A DNA stretch of 64,000 nucleotides. Origin: Eubacteriales bacterium. Lineage in GTDB: Bacteria > Bacillota > Clostridia > Oscillospirales > CAG-272. Each line of letters opens with the position of its first letter. The stretch's first letter is position 1. The notes below the pieces were generated by a model, which was not told the DNA's origin, searched no databases, and was given only the letters and a program-made list of their open reading frames with translations. Location: NCBI GenBank assembly GCA_045633005.1, contig JAZQXT010000080.1, positions 3,253 to 67,252 of the forward strand, read 5' to 3'. Of the stretch, positions 41,734 to 51,214 are shown piece after piece. Position numbers and translations under genes: made by a program.

Positions 41734-43162
41734 TTGCCACGTCCTTCTTTTTGACGCGGAAGAAAACGCTGACAAACGCGCGGGCGTTGAATGGTATTAG
41801 CGGATATAGATACGAGCATTCGCCGTTCACCGTGCGATTGGTGGCTATGAGGGCGATTATGAGCACAACGCCGCCGATAAAGCCCCAAAGACCGAACAGA
41901 GCTACGCCGATAAGCAAAAGTATACGCATAAACTTGAAGGCGTAGCCAAGCTCGTATGAGCGTTGCGAGAAATTTGCGATAGCGACGAACGCCATAAGGA
42001 TTATCACCTCGGGGATGAGCCAGCCCACGCCGACGGCGAAATCACCGAGGATGAGTCCGCCTACCACGGATAGCGAGTTTGATAGCATATCGGGGGTATT
42101 CATTGACGCCATTTTGAGTCCGTCGACCACGAACTCCACGATAAGAAGCTGAGCGAGAACGGGAAGCCTTCCCGTTTCGCTCGGCAATACGAAGGCGAAC
42201 CAATCGGGAACGAGCGTGGGATTTGCGTAACACAGATACCACACGGGAACAGCAAAAAGCGTGAGCGCGAATATAAGATACCGTACTATTCTTATATAAG
42301 TTCCCGTGAGCGGCGGCGAATAGAAATCGTTGCTCTCCTGCATAAAATCGAAGATCGACGTAGGAAGTATCATCGCCTCGGGTGAATTATCCATCAATAT
42401 CAGCACGCTTCCTTCGAAAAGCTGTGCCGCCGCCACGTCGGGACGTTCGGTGGTTCTTATTTTTGGGAATGGGTTATACCACCTTGTCCTGATAAGGCAT
42501 TCTGCGAGAGATTGATGCCCCATCGTAAGGCTTTCGGTCTTTATTTCCTTTAGCCTTTCGGAAACGCGCTTAACGTACTGCGCGTCGGCGCGGTCAGCCA
42601 TAAAGCACAGTACCACGTCGGTCTTTGAGCTTTTGCCTACGGTAAAATAGCTCATAGTCAGCGCCGTGTTTCTGACTCGGCGGCGGATAAGCGCGGTGTT
42701 GGAAATAAGCGTTTCCACAAAGCCGTCGCGCGGCCCGCGCATTACTCTGTCATTTTGCGGCTCGGTGGTCTCACGCGCGGGATATGACCTTGAATCTATA
42801 AGGATGCCGTACTCGCCAAAGCGGCTTCCTATCATCAGCGTCGCGCCCGAAAGCACCATTTGTATCATCGTATCAAGCGAATCCGTAAGCTCGCTCTCGA
42901 CGTATACCACACGCTTGCAAAGGAAGTCGTTTGCGCACGCAAAGCCCTGCAAATGCTTGTCTCCGAGATCCTTAAGACTTGTAAAGGACAGCATAAGCTT
43001 TTGCATAACGCCGTCCTTAACGAAGCCGTCAATATAATAAAACGTTACCTCGTCGCTGCCTACCTGCAGCGGCTTTTTTATTATGTCAAAGCTTTCACGA
43101 ACACGCAAAAGCCTATCAAGCGTTGATACGTTTTCGCTGTATGAGGATGAAAGATGAGGCAT
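41702..43162 (-). CDS. Spore germination protein, GerA/SpoVAF family
   Basis: RGPRDGFVETLISNTALIRRR, TERPD, LSVVGGLILGD. Confidence 0.88.
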   Translation of the reverse strand: MPHLSSSYSENVSTLDRLLRVRESFDIIKKPLQVGSDEVTFYYIDGFVKDGVMQKLMLSFTSLKDLGDKHLQGFACANDFLCKRVVYVESELTDSLDTMIQMVLSGATLMIGSRFGEYGILIDSRSYPARETTEPQNDRVMRGPRDGFVETLISNTALIRRRVRNTALTMSYFTVGKSSKTDVVLCFMADRADAQYVKRVSERLKEIKTESLTMGHQSLAECLIRTRWYNPFPKIRTTERPDVAAAQLFEGSVLILMDNSPEAMILPTSIFDFMQESNDFYSPPLTGTYIRIVRYLIFALTLFAVPVWYLCYANPTLVPDWFAFVLPSETGRLPVLAQLLIVEFVVDGLKMASMNTPDMLSNSLSVVGGLILGDFAVGVGWLIPEVIILMAFVAIANFSQRSYELGYAFKFMRILLLIGVALFGLWGFIGGVVLIIALIATNRTVNGECSYLYPLIPFNARAFVSVFFRVKKKDVAITPKHAQSRE

Positions 43163-43288
43163 TGTGTCCTCCCGTTTGATTTTTTAATATTCTTCCCTTT
43201 TGGGTGAAAAATATTCTCCGTTTTCCTTTACAGTCGGCTTTTTTTGTGATATAATTATACTGTATGAAATTTTGGAAGATCGGTTGAT

Positions 43289-43747
43289 ATGGAAAAAATT
43301 ATTTTTGAGAAGGTCACCTCCACTACCGAGGAGACCGAGGAATGCGGAGCGCATCTCGCCTCACTCATCAGCGAGGACTCCTCCCTTCCGCAATTCGTTT
43401 CGCTCGTTGGGGATCTCGGCACGGGAAAGACTGCGTTTACGCGCGGCTTTGCCTCACTTGCCGCCGCAGGTGCGGCTGTGCGTTCTCCTACGTACACGCT
43501 TGTAAACGAATACCGCGGAAACGGCCGCCCCGTATTTCATTTTGACGTTTATAGAATAAACGATGAGGACGACCTTTACTCTATCGGCTTTTACGATTAT
43601 CTTGACGAGGGCATATGCCTCGTTGAGTGGTGCGACCTCATTCCCTACGCTCTGCCCGACCGCTATATCTCGGTAACGCTCGAAAAGCTTCCCGATGACG
43701 TATCGCTTCGCAGAGTGCGGATATCACTTGTTACGAAAGGAGAATAG
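43289..43747 (+). CDS. tsaE: tRNA t6A biosynthesis ATPase
   Basis: GDLGTGKT, SPTYTLVNEY, HFDVYR, VEW. Confidence 0.93.
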   Translation: MEKIIFEKVTSTTEETEECGAHLASLISEDSSLPQFVSLVGDLGTGKTAFTRGFASLAAAGAAVRSPTYTLVNEYRGNGRPVFHFDVYRINDEDDLYSIGFYDYLDEGICLVEWCDLIPYALPDRYISVTLEKLPDDVSLRRVRISLVTKGE

Positions 43748-43749
43748 CC

Positions 43750-44460
43750 GTGAAGATATTTGCTTGCGACAGCACGGCGCATACCGCCTCCGTGGCTATA
43801 TGCGACGATGAAAAGCTCATTGGGCTTTACACGCAAAACGGCGGAAACACGCACAGCGAAACACTCCTGCCGCTTGCCGAGACTATGTTCAAGGCACTTA
43901 AAATGAGCGTTGATGACATTGATATATTCTCCTGCTCTGCGGGCCCAGGCTCGTTTACGGGAGTTCGCATCGGCGCGGCGACGGTAAAGGGACTTGCTTT
44001 CGGCAGAGGAAAGCCGTGCATTGGAGTTTCCACGCTTGAAGCTCTTGCGCTGAATCTCGTGTCCGACGAGGAAAGAATAATCTGTCCCGTTATGGATGCG
44101 CGACGAGGTCAGCTGTATACGGCTACTTTTCTATCCAAAAACGGCGAGCTTGAAAGGATCACTCCCGACCGCGCGATAGCGTACTCGGAGTTCGAGGCAG
44201 AAACTCTCGCGTATAATAAAGAAGGAAAAAAGATATATCTTTGCGGCGACGGCTACGAGCTTGTCAAGGGACTTCTCCCCGCCGATGCCGCGCACAACAC
44301 GTCCGAAATGCTGAGATATCAATCGGCATACTCGGTCGCCCAAGTGGCGCTCACGCTGTTCCGTCAGGGTGTAAGAACTACGGACGGCGAGCTTCGCCCC
44401 ACTTATTTACGTCTACCGCAGGCAGAGCGTGACCGCCTTGCCGCTCAAAATAAAAATTGA
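43750..44460 (+). CDS. tsaB: tRNA t6A biosynthesis protein
   Basis: HSETL, GPGSFTGVRIG, DARR, PTYLR; GTG start. Confidence 0.93.
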   Translation: MKIFACDSTAHTASVAICDDEKLIGLYTQNGGNTHSETLLPLAETMFKALKMSVDDIDIFSCSAGPGSFTGVRIGAATVKGLAFGRGKPCIGVSTLEALALNLVSDEERIICPVMDARRGQLYTATFLSKNGELERITPDRAIAYSEFEAETLAYNKEGKKIYLCGDGYELVKGLLPADAAHNTSEMLRYQSAYSVAQVALTLFRQGVRTTDGELRPTYLRLPQAERDRLAAQNKN

Positions 44461-44474
44461 AAGGTTTAATTCAC

Positions 44475-44948
44475 ATGAACAACAAGAAACTCGTTATCGG
44501 CTCTGACCACGCAGGATTTGAATATAAGGCAAAGCTTATTGATTACCTTACCGCCAAGGGCTATGAAATGATAGACGCGGGAACTTATTCCGCCGACAGC
44601 TGTGACTACCCCGTACCCGTACACGCGCTGTGCAAGGTCATCCAGAGCGGCGAATGCGCCGAGGGTATCCTCATTTGCGGCACGGGAATCGGCGTTTCCA
44701 TGGCGGCTAACAAGCACCACGGCATACGCGCCGCAGTTTGCTCCGACAAATACTCCACCGAAATGACAAGACTCCACAACGATGCAAACGTGCTTTGCAT
44801 GGGCGCAAGAGTCATCGACTTCGACCTCGTTTGCGAGCTTACCGACATCTTCCTTTCCACCGACGCGCTCACCGAGGAGCGTCACCTGCGCCGTCAGCAG
44901 ATGATAAGCGACCTTGAGGACGGCACGTTCGAGGAAAAGTATGAGTAA
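44475..44948 (+). CDS. rpiB: Ribose-5-phosphate isomerase B
   Basis: GSDHAG, CGTGIG, HNDANVL, RHLRR. Confidence 0.93.
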   Translation: MNNKKLVIGSDHAGFEYKAKLIDYLTAKGYEMIDAGTYSADSCDYPVPVHALCKVIQSGECAEGILICGTGIGVSMAANKHHGIRAAVCSDKYSTEMTRLHNDANVLCMGARVIDFDLVCELTDIFLSTDALTEERHLRRQQMISDLEDGTFEEKYE

Positions 44949-45690
44949 GCTATACGCTATAGCCGATACGCTTCGCGCTATTGCGGGAGTCGCAAAAAAC
45001 CGAAGGACCGCCGCCATTATCGTTGCGGCCGGCTCGTCGGCGCGAATGGGCAAGCCCAAGCAATTCATTCCGCTTTGCGGCATCCCCGCCGTCGTGCGCA
45101 CGCTTAAGGCGTATCAAGCCTCGTCTCTTATCACCTCCATCGTGGTAGTGGCAAGGGAATGCGATATCGAAAGATACGAAAAATACAAAAAAGCATACTC
45201 TATAACCAAGCTTTGCGCCATCGTAAAGGGTGGCTCGACAAGGCAGGAGTCCGTGCTTCGCGGCGTTGAAGCCGTGCCGAAAAAGACCGCCTACGTTGCT
45301 ATTGCGGACGGCGCAAGACCGCTGACTACTACCGAAACGATAGACCAAGTTTGCCTTGCGGCGTACCGCTTTGATGCGGCAACTGCGGCTTTCCCCGCGT
45401 ACGACACTATAAAAACCGCCGACAAAAAGGGCTTTATCACCTCTACCGTTGAGCGTTCTACGGTATGGCACGCCGCCACGCCGCAGGTATTCAGCCTTGC
45501 GCTGTACCGCGCCGCCGCATATTCGGCAAAGGACGAGGGCTTCGTCGCGACCGACGACAACTCGCTCGTTGAGCACATCGGACACAGGATAAAGCTCGTC
45601 GATTGCGGCAGAGAGAACATTAAGCTGACGGAGCGCCACGACGTAACGATGTGCGAGGCTATCATCAAGCAAAGGGAGGCTGACAAATGA
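44941..45690 (+). CDS. ispD: 2-C-methyl-D-erythritol 4-phosphate cytidylyltransferase
   Basis: [36 protein letters not shown]. Confidence 0.92.
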   Translation: MSKLYAIADTLRAIAGVAKNRRTAAIIVAAGSSARMGKPKQFIPLCGIPAVVRTLKAYQASSLITSIVVVARECDIERYEKYKKAYSITKLCAIVKGGSTRQESVLRGVEAVPKKTAYVAIADGARPLTTTETIDQVCLAAYRFDAATAAFPAYDTIKTADKKGFITSTVERSTVWHAATPQVFSLALYRAAAYSAKDEGFVATDDNSLVEHIGHRIKLVDCGRENIKLTERHDVTMCEAIIKQREADK

Positions 45691-46154
45691 GAATAGGTCA
45701 CGGATACGACGTCCACCGCCTCGTTGAAGGCAGAGAGCTGATACTTGGCGGCGTGAAGATAGATTATCACCTTGGGCTTCTCGGTCATTCCGATGCCGAC
45801 GTGCTTGTCCACGCGATAATGGACGCGCTTCTCGGCGCGGCGGCGCTTGGAGATATCGGAAAGCACTTTCCCGACAGCGACGCGGCGTTTTGCGGCGCAG
45901 ACAGCCTTGCTCTTGCACGTCAGGTAGCCGCAATGCTGCGAGTGCGCTCTTACAAAACAGTAAACGTTGACGCGACCGTTATTGCACAGCGTCCGAAGCT
46001 TGCCCCACACATAGACGAAATGAGGCGAAATATCGCCGCGGCGCTCGGCGTTGAGCTTTCCGCGATAAATATAAAGGCGACGACCGAGGAAGGTCTCGGG
46101 TTTACGGGAAACGGCGCGGGCATTGCCGCGCACGCGGTCTGCCTTATTGATTGA
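45687..46154 (+). CDS. ispF: 2-C-methyl-D-erythritol 2,4-cyclodiphosphate synthase
   Basis: [28 protein letters not shown]. Confidence 0.96.
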   Translation: MRIGHGYDVHRLVEGRELILGGVKIDYHLGLLGHSDADVLVHAIMDALLGAAALGDIGKHFPDSDAAFCGADSLALARQVAAMLRVRSYKTVNVDATVIAQRPKLAPHIDEMRRNIAAALGVELSAINIKATTEEGLGFTGNGAGIAAHAVCLID

Positions 46155-46319
46155 CCAAGCAGAGCCGCCGCAAGCGGCGGCCCTAAGCGTAAAACGTGCA
46201 ACACGCATCTCTCGCACTTCCCGTGCTTTTTGACTTCCCTTGTTGCCATCTTACGCATACCTTCTATACAGAATATGGCGAAACGGTCTTTTTTGACCGC
46301 GCCTGAAAGGATAACTTTT

Positions 46320-46982
46320 ATGATCTACATAGCTCCCTCCCTGCTCGCCGCAGATTTTACAAGACTCGGCGAGGACACCGCGCGAGTTGAAGCCGCGGGC
46401 GCTGATTTTCTGCATCTTGACGTTATGGACGGCGTTTTCGTTCCGAATATCTCATTCGGTCCTGCCGTCATTGGTGCGCTTCGTCCGCAATCCAAGCTCG
46501 TTTTTGACGTTCACCTTATGATAACCGCCCCCGAACGTTACGTTGACCGCTTTATCAAGGCGGGCGCGGATATGATATCCTTCCACCTTGAAGCGTGCGA
46601 GGACCCCGCCGCCCTTATAAAGACCATAAAAGCGGCAGGCGTTAAGGCGGCAGTTGCCATCTCGCCCGACACGCCCGCAGAGGCTATCATTCCCTACCTT
46701 GCCGACGTGGATATGGCGCTTATTATGACCGTATACCCAGGCTTTGGCGGACAGAAATTTATGGCGGATATGCTCCCGAAGATCAGGGCGGTAAGAGAGT
46801 ACGTAGATAAGAATTCGCTCGACTGCCTTATCCAAGTTGACGGCGGCATTGACGTTGCCACCGCTCCCCTTGTCAGCGCCGCGGGTGCAAACGTGCTTGT
46901 CGCAGGCTCTGCCGTATTCCACGCGGAGGATGCAAAGAAAAAGATCGCAGACATAAGAAGTGCGGCGGCAAATAATCAATAA
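46320..46982 (+). CDS. rpe: Ribulose-phosphate 3-epimerase
   Basis: IAPSLL, HLDVMDG, DVHLM, PGFGGQ, VDGG. Confidence 0.95.
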   Translation: MIYIAPSLLAADFTRLGEDTARVEAAGADFLHLDVMDGVFVPNISFGPAVIGALRPQSKLVFDVHLMITAPERYVDRFIKAGADMISFHLEACEDPAALIKTIKAAGVKAAVAISPDTPAEAIIPYLADVDMALIMTVYPGFGGQKFMADMLPKIRAVREYVDKNSLDCLIQVDGGIDVATAPLVSAAGANVLVAGSAVFHAEDAKKKIADIRSAAANNQ

Positions 46983-47068
46983 TTTTTCGACTTTTTTCAA
47001 AAAAAGTATTGACAGACGCATTTTTTTGTAGTAAAATCTATAACAACAAATTGAATAGCGGTTATAAA

Positions 47069-47320
47069 GGCTATGACGAAGACGGTCAGGCGATGCTTGT
47101 GCACAGAGAGCCGATGGTTGGTGTAAATCGGTAACGGCGCGTTAAGTACCCATCACTTCCGAGCCGAAGATTCGAAGCTTGAGAGTCTTCCGTTTGCGCT
47201 ACGTCATTGCGCAGGGCTTGTTTGAGTCCGTTAAGTGGCATCGAAAGATGCAATTTGAGTGGTACCGCGGGAAAATGCTTTTTATCCCGTCTCAAAGAAA
47301 TTCTTTGAGACGGTTTTTTT
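47069..47320 (+). ncRNA. T-box leader with Ile (ATC) specifier
   Basis: Stem I GGCTATGA...AGAGA...GGTG...CCC-ATC-A-CTTCCGAGCC; T-box AATTTGAGTGGTACCGCG at 47252; terminator CCGTCTCAAAGAA-A-TTCTTTGAGACGG plus T tract. Confidence 0.88.
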
Positions 47321-47340
47321 ATTGAAAGGAGATACTCAAA

Positions 47341-49620
47341 ATGATGAACAAAGAGATCCGCGACGTTGCTTCACGCGTAAGAATGTTGCGCGAGATCGCA
47401 GGAATGAGCGAGGCTGAAGCCGCCGCAAACACCGAGGTTTCCATTGAGGAATACCGTGCGCTTGAAAGAGGCGAGCGCGACTTCGCTTTCACGTTTATTT
47501 ATAAAGCCGCCGCTACCTTCGGCGTTGAGATGAGGGATATCCTTGAGGGAACGAGCCCCAATCTTTCGCTCTACACCGTCACTCGCCACGGCGAGGGCGT
47601 GCCGATCGCGCGTAACACGGGTTTTGCATACAACAACCTTGCCCCCTCGTTCAAGAACAAGATCGCCGAGCCCTTCCGCGTTCTTATTCCCTGCGGTGAC
47701 GACGACGTTCCCTCCTACAACCGCCACAAGGGTCAGGAGATAGACATCGTTATCAGCGGTACTCTTGAAATTCGTATAAACGAGCGCATAGAGCTTCTCG
47801 GCCCAGGTGACACCATTTACTACAACAGCTCCGCTCCCCACGCGCTTCGCGCTCTCGGCGGTGATTGCGAGATATACGCAATCGTACTCAAATCCACCGA
47901 GGACGAGGACGAGGCTGAATTCGTACACGGAAATCCCCGTCTTGCAAACGCCGCCGCAAAGGGTGAGCGCACGGTGGCTGACGATTTCATTACCACCACG
48001 CTTGACGAAAAGGGCGTGCTTTCCTCCATCAGCTTTACTAACGAGGACAAGTTCAATTTCGCATACGACGTAGTGGACAAGATAGCCGAAAAGACACCCG
48101 ACAAGCGCGCTATGCTTTGGGTTTCCTCCGACAAGCGTGAGCATACGTTCACCTTTGGCGATATGGCTAAATACTCCAATATGACGGCAAACTACTTCCT
48201 CTCCCTCGGCATTAAGAAGGGCGACACGGTAATGCTCGTTCTTAAGCGTCACTATCAGTTCTGGTTTGCAATGCTTGCGCTCCACAAGATAGGCGCGGTG
48301 GCAATTCCCGCTACCAACCAGCTTGTTGAGCACGATTTCTCCTATCGCTACAAGGCGGCGGGTGTCAAGGCTATCGTCTGCACCGCAGACGGCGAGACGC
48401 ACCTGCACGCAGAGCGCGCCGCCGCTGAATTCCCCGACATCGTAAAGATACTCGTCGGTGCAAAGCGCGACGGCTGGTACGACTACAACAGCGAGATGAT
48501 GCTGTGCTCCGATTCTTTCCCGAGAACCGAGGACACTCCCTGCGGCGACGACACTATGCTTATGCTCTTTACGTCGGGAACTACGGGATACCCCCGCGTT
48601 GCGGCGCACTCCTACAAGTACGCGCTCGGTCACTACATAACCGCGCGTTATTGGCACAACGTACGTCCTAACGGACTTCACTTCACCATTTCCGACACGG
48701 GCTGGGGCAAGGCTCTTTGGGGTAAGCTCTACGGTCAGTGGCTTTGCGAAGCGGCTGTGTTCACTTATGATTTTGACCGCTTCACGCCCGAAGATATTCT
48801 CCCCATGTTTGCTAAATACGGCATAACCACCTTCTGCGCTCCCCCGACGATGTACCGTTTCTTCATTCGTGAGGATCTGTCAAAGTACGACCTTTCCTCC
48901 ATCGAATACGCTACGACTGCGGGCGAGGCTCTCAACCCTGAGGTCTACAACCGCTTCTACGCAGAGACGGGACTTAAGATAATGGAGGGCTTCGGTCAGA
49001 CCGAGACCACGCTCAGCATAGGAAACCTCGTGGGAAGCGAGCCGAAGATCGGCTCGATGGGTCGCCCTTCTCCCCTTTACAACGTCAAGCTTCTTGATGC
49101 CGACGGCAACGAGTGCGACGCGGGCGAGACGGGAGAGATCTGTATCGACCTTTCGGCAGGAAATCCCTGCGGACTTTTCAAGGGATACTATCTCGACGAG
49201 GAGCACACCTCGGAGGTAATTTACGACGGATATTATCACACGGGCGACACCGCAACCGTTGACGAGGACGGATATTTCTGGTACGTCGGACGTATCGACG
49301 ACGTTATCAAGTCCTCGGGCTACCGCATAGGTCCGTTTGAGATAGAAAGCGTTATTATGGAGCTTCCTTACGTGCTTGAATGCGCTATCACTCCCGTTCC
49401 CGACGAGATACGCGGTCAGATAGTTAAGGCGACCGTGGTTCTTACCAAGGGCACGAAGGCAAGTGACACGCTGAAAAAGGAGATCCAGACCTATGTAAAG
49501 ACGCGCACCGCTCCCTACAAATACCCCCGTATCGTGGAATTTGTAGACGAGCTTCCCAAGACCATAAGCGGCAAGGTTCGCCGCGTTGCCATCCGCAAAA
49601 AGGACAGCGGAGAGGCGTAA
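47341..49620 (+). CDS. XRE-HTH + cupin + AMP-forming acyl-CoA synthetase fusion
   Basis: N-terminal HTH and cupin (HKGQE; GDTIYYNS...H); FTSGTTGYP, EGFGQTE, YHTGD, GYRIGPFEIE, PKTISGK. Confidence 0.9.
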   Translation: MMNKEIRDVASRVRMLREIAGMSEAEAAANTEVSIEEYRALERGERDFAFTFIYKAAATFGVEMRDILEGTSPNLSLYTVTRHGEGVPIARNTGFAYNNLAPSFKNKIAEPFRVLIPCGDDDVPSYNRHKGQEIDIVISGTLEIRINERIELLGPGDTIYYNSSAPHALRALGGDCEIYAIVLKSTEDEDEAEFVHGNPRLANAAAKGERTVADDFITTTLDEKGVLSSISFTNEDKFNFAYDVVDKIAEKTPDKRAMLWVSSDKREHTFTFGDMAKYSNMTANYFLSLGIKKGDTVMLVLKRHYQFWFAMLALHKIGAVAIPATNQLVEHDFSYRYKAAGVKAIVCTADGETHLHAERAAAEFPDIVKILVGAKRDGWYDYNSEMMLCSDSFPRTEDTPCGDDTMLMLFTSGTTGYPRVAAHSYKYALGHYITARYWHNVRPNGLHFTISDTGWGKALWGKLYGQWLCEAAVFTYDFDRFTPEDILPMFAKYGITTFCAPPTMYRFFIREDLSKYDLSSIEYATTAGEALNPEVYNRFYAETGLKIMEGFGQTETTLSIGNLVGSEPKIGSMGRPSPLYNVKLLDADGNECDAGETGEICIDLSAGNPCGLFKGYYLDEEHTSEVIYDGYYHTGDTATVDEDGYFWYVGRIDDVIKSSGYRIGPFEIESVIMELPYVLECAITPVPDEIRGQIVKATVVLTKGTKASDTLKKEIQTYVKTRTAPYKYPRIVEFVDELPKTISGKVRRVAIRKKDSGEA

Positions 49621-49627
49621 ATAAAAA

Positions 49628-49666
49628 GTGTGTGAGTCAAATGCTAAAAGCATTTGACTCACACAC
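49628..49666. repeat. Perfect 18-bp stem-loop abutting element B
   Basis: GTGTGTGAGTCAAATGCT-AAA-AGCATTTGACTCACACAC; no T tract on the + strand. Confidence 0.8.
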
Positions 49667-49667
49667 A

Positions 49668-49832
49668 ATGAATTGCCCTGCGGGCGTGAATTGGCTTACG
49701 CCATGAATTGCACCTGCGGTGCATGAATTGCCTTCGGCATTGTGAGAAAGGGCAATTCAAATCATGAAATCGTAAGATTTCAAATCATGAAGCCGTAAGG
49801 CTTCAATTCATGACGGCTTGCCGTCAATTCAT
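49668..49832. repeat. Repeat-hairpin ladder element B (ATGAATT / AATTCAT)
   Basis: Repeats at 49668, 49686, 49703, 49723; inverted copies at 49759, 49782, 49805, 49826; a hairpin lies between each pair. Confidence 0.9.
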
Positions 49833-49904
49833 TATACCAAAGCAACAAAAAACCAAGATCAATCATTTGATTTGACCTTGGTTTTTTGTTATGGTTGTAC
49901 ATTA

Positions 49905-51188
49905 TTAAAACACTATAGTGAGATTTATGATCTCGCCGTTTCTGTAAACGGAAAATACTGCGCTTTCGCCGACCTTGTGCTTATAAAGCTCCGTGCGAAG
50001 CTCGTCGGCGGTGGTTACTACTACGCCGTCAACGGAGATAATTATATCCTCAAGAAGCAATATGCCGTGAGAGCTGTAGCCCTCCTCTGCCGCCTTGCTT
50101 ACGATAACGCCCGTTGCGCCCGCTATCTTTACCGTCGTTCCGTCGATGGTGTAACGTCCGCCCTCCACTACCGAGCCGCAGGTAATGCCAAGCTTTACTC
50201 CCTCGGCGGCGATGCTTCCGCCGCTTGACTCCTTGCCCTCGATAATTCCGCGCAGTATATCAAGCGCGCCGTTGATGGGAAGCGCGAAGGATATCCCCTC
50301 GTACTTGCCTGCAAGCTTCAAGGTATTAACGCCGATGACCTTACCGTACATATCAATAAGCGGCCCACCGGAGTTACCCGGATTAAGCGTTGTATCGGTC
50401 TGAATATACGTCGTAGTCTTGACGAGCATTCCCGATTCATCATACGTCTTGACGTTTCTGTTGATTCCCGAAACTATACCCTGCGTAAGAGAACCTGCGT
50501 ACTCTATATTGGCGGGATTGCCTATCGCGCAAACGTCCTCGCCGACCACGAGAGCGTCGGAATTGCCGAACTCGACGGGTACAAGGTCACTTCTCTGCTC
50601 TATTTTTAATACCGCAAGGTCTGCAAGCGCATCCTTACCGACTATCTCTGCCTTTACGGTTATTCCGTTTATAAATATTATATTTACCGACGAGGCGTTT
50701 TCGACAACGTGGTAATTCGTTGCTATATGCCCCTCGCTATCCATAACGAAGCCCGTTCCGATGGACGTGCCGCCCGCAAGTCTTGACTCAACGCTGACTA
50801 CCGACGGGCTGACCTTATCGTATATTTCGGGAAGTGTGAGATATCCGCTCTCGCTATCGTATTCGCGCACATATATAACCTTTTCAAGATATTTTCCGTC
50901 GCCGAAAACGAAATATCCGTTGCGATACCCCAAAAGCAGAATGAACGAGAGCGCCGCAAAGCTAAGTGTAAAAAGTGCCGTCATCACTATTGCGTATACG
51001 TACGAGGCACTTATACCCTTGCGCTCTTTTTCCTTTGGAGTCTCCGCCTCGACGGGCTCGGCGGAATCCGCGCTATCGGCGTCACTCTCAGGCTCGGTAC
51101 TCTCCTCTGTCAGCTCTTCGGTCGGTGCATCCTGCGGCTCGCCGCATTCTTCCTCGGAAACGTCCGAGACGATTTTATTTTCTTCCAT
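49905..51188 (-). CDS. HtrA/DegP-like membrane serine protease with PDZ domain
   Basis: Acidic N-terminal tail, TM, TNYHVV, DLAVL, NPGNSGGPL, C-terminal PDZ-like region. Confidence 0.92.
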   Translation of the reverse strand: MEENKIVSDVSEEECGEPQDAPTEELTEESTEPESDADSADSAEPVEAETPKEKERKGISASYVYAIVMTALFTLSFAALSFILLLGYRNGYFVFGDGKYLEKVIYVREYDSESGYLTLPEIYDKVSPSVVSVESRLAGGTSIGTGFVMDSEGHIATNYHVVENASSVNIIFINGITVKAEIVGKDALADLAVLKIEQRSDLVPVEFGNSDALVVGEDVCAIGNPANIEYAGSLTQGIVSGINRNVKTYDESGMLVKTTTYIQTDTTLNPGNSGGPLIDMYGKVIGVNTLKLAGKYEGISFALPINGALDILRGIIEGKESSGGSIAAEGVKLGITCGSVVEGGRYTIDGTTVKIAGATGVIVSKAAEEGYSSHGILLLEDIIISVDGVVVTTADELRTELYKHKVGESAVFSVYRNGEIINLTIVF

Positions 51189-51214
51189 AGCTTATTCCCT
51201 TTTATTGTGATATT

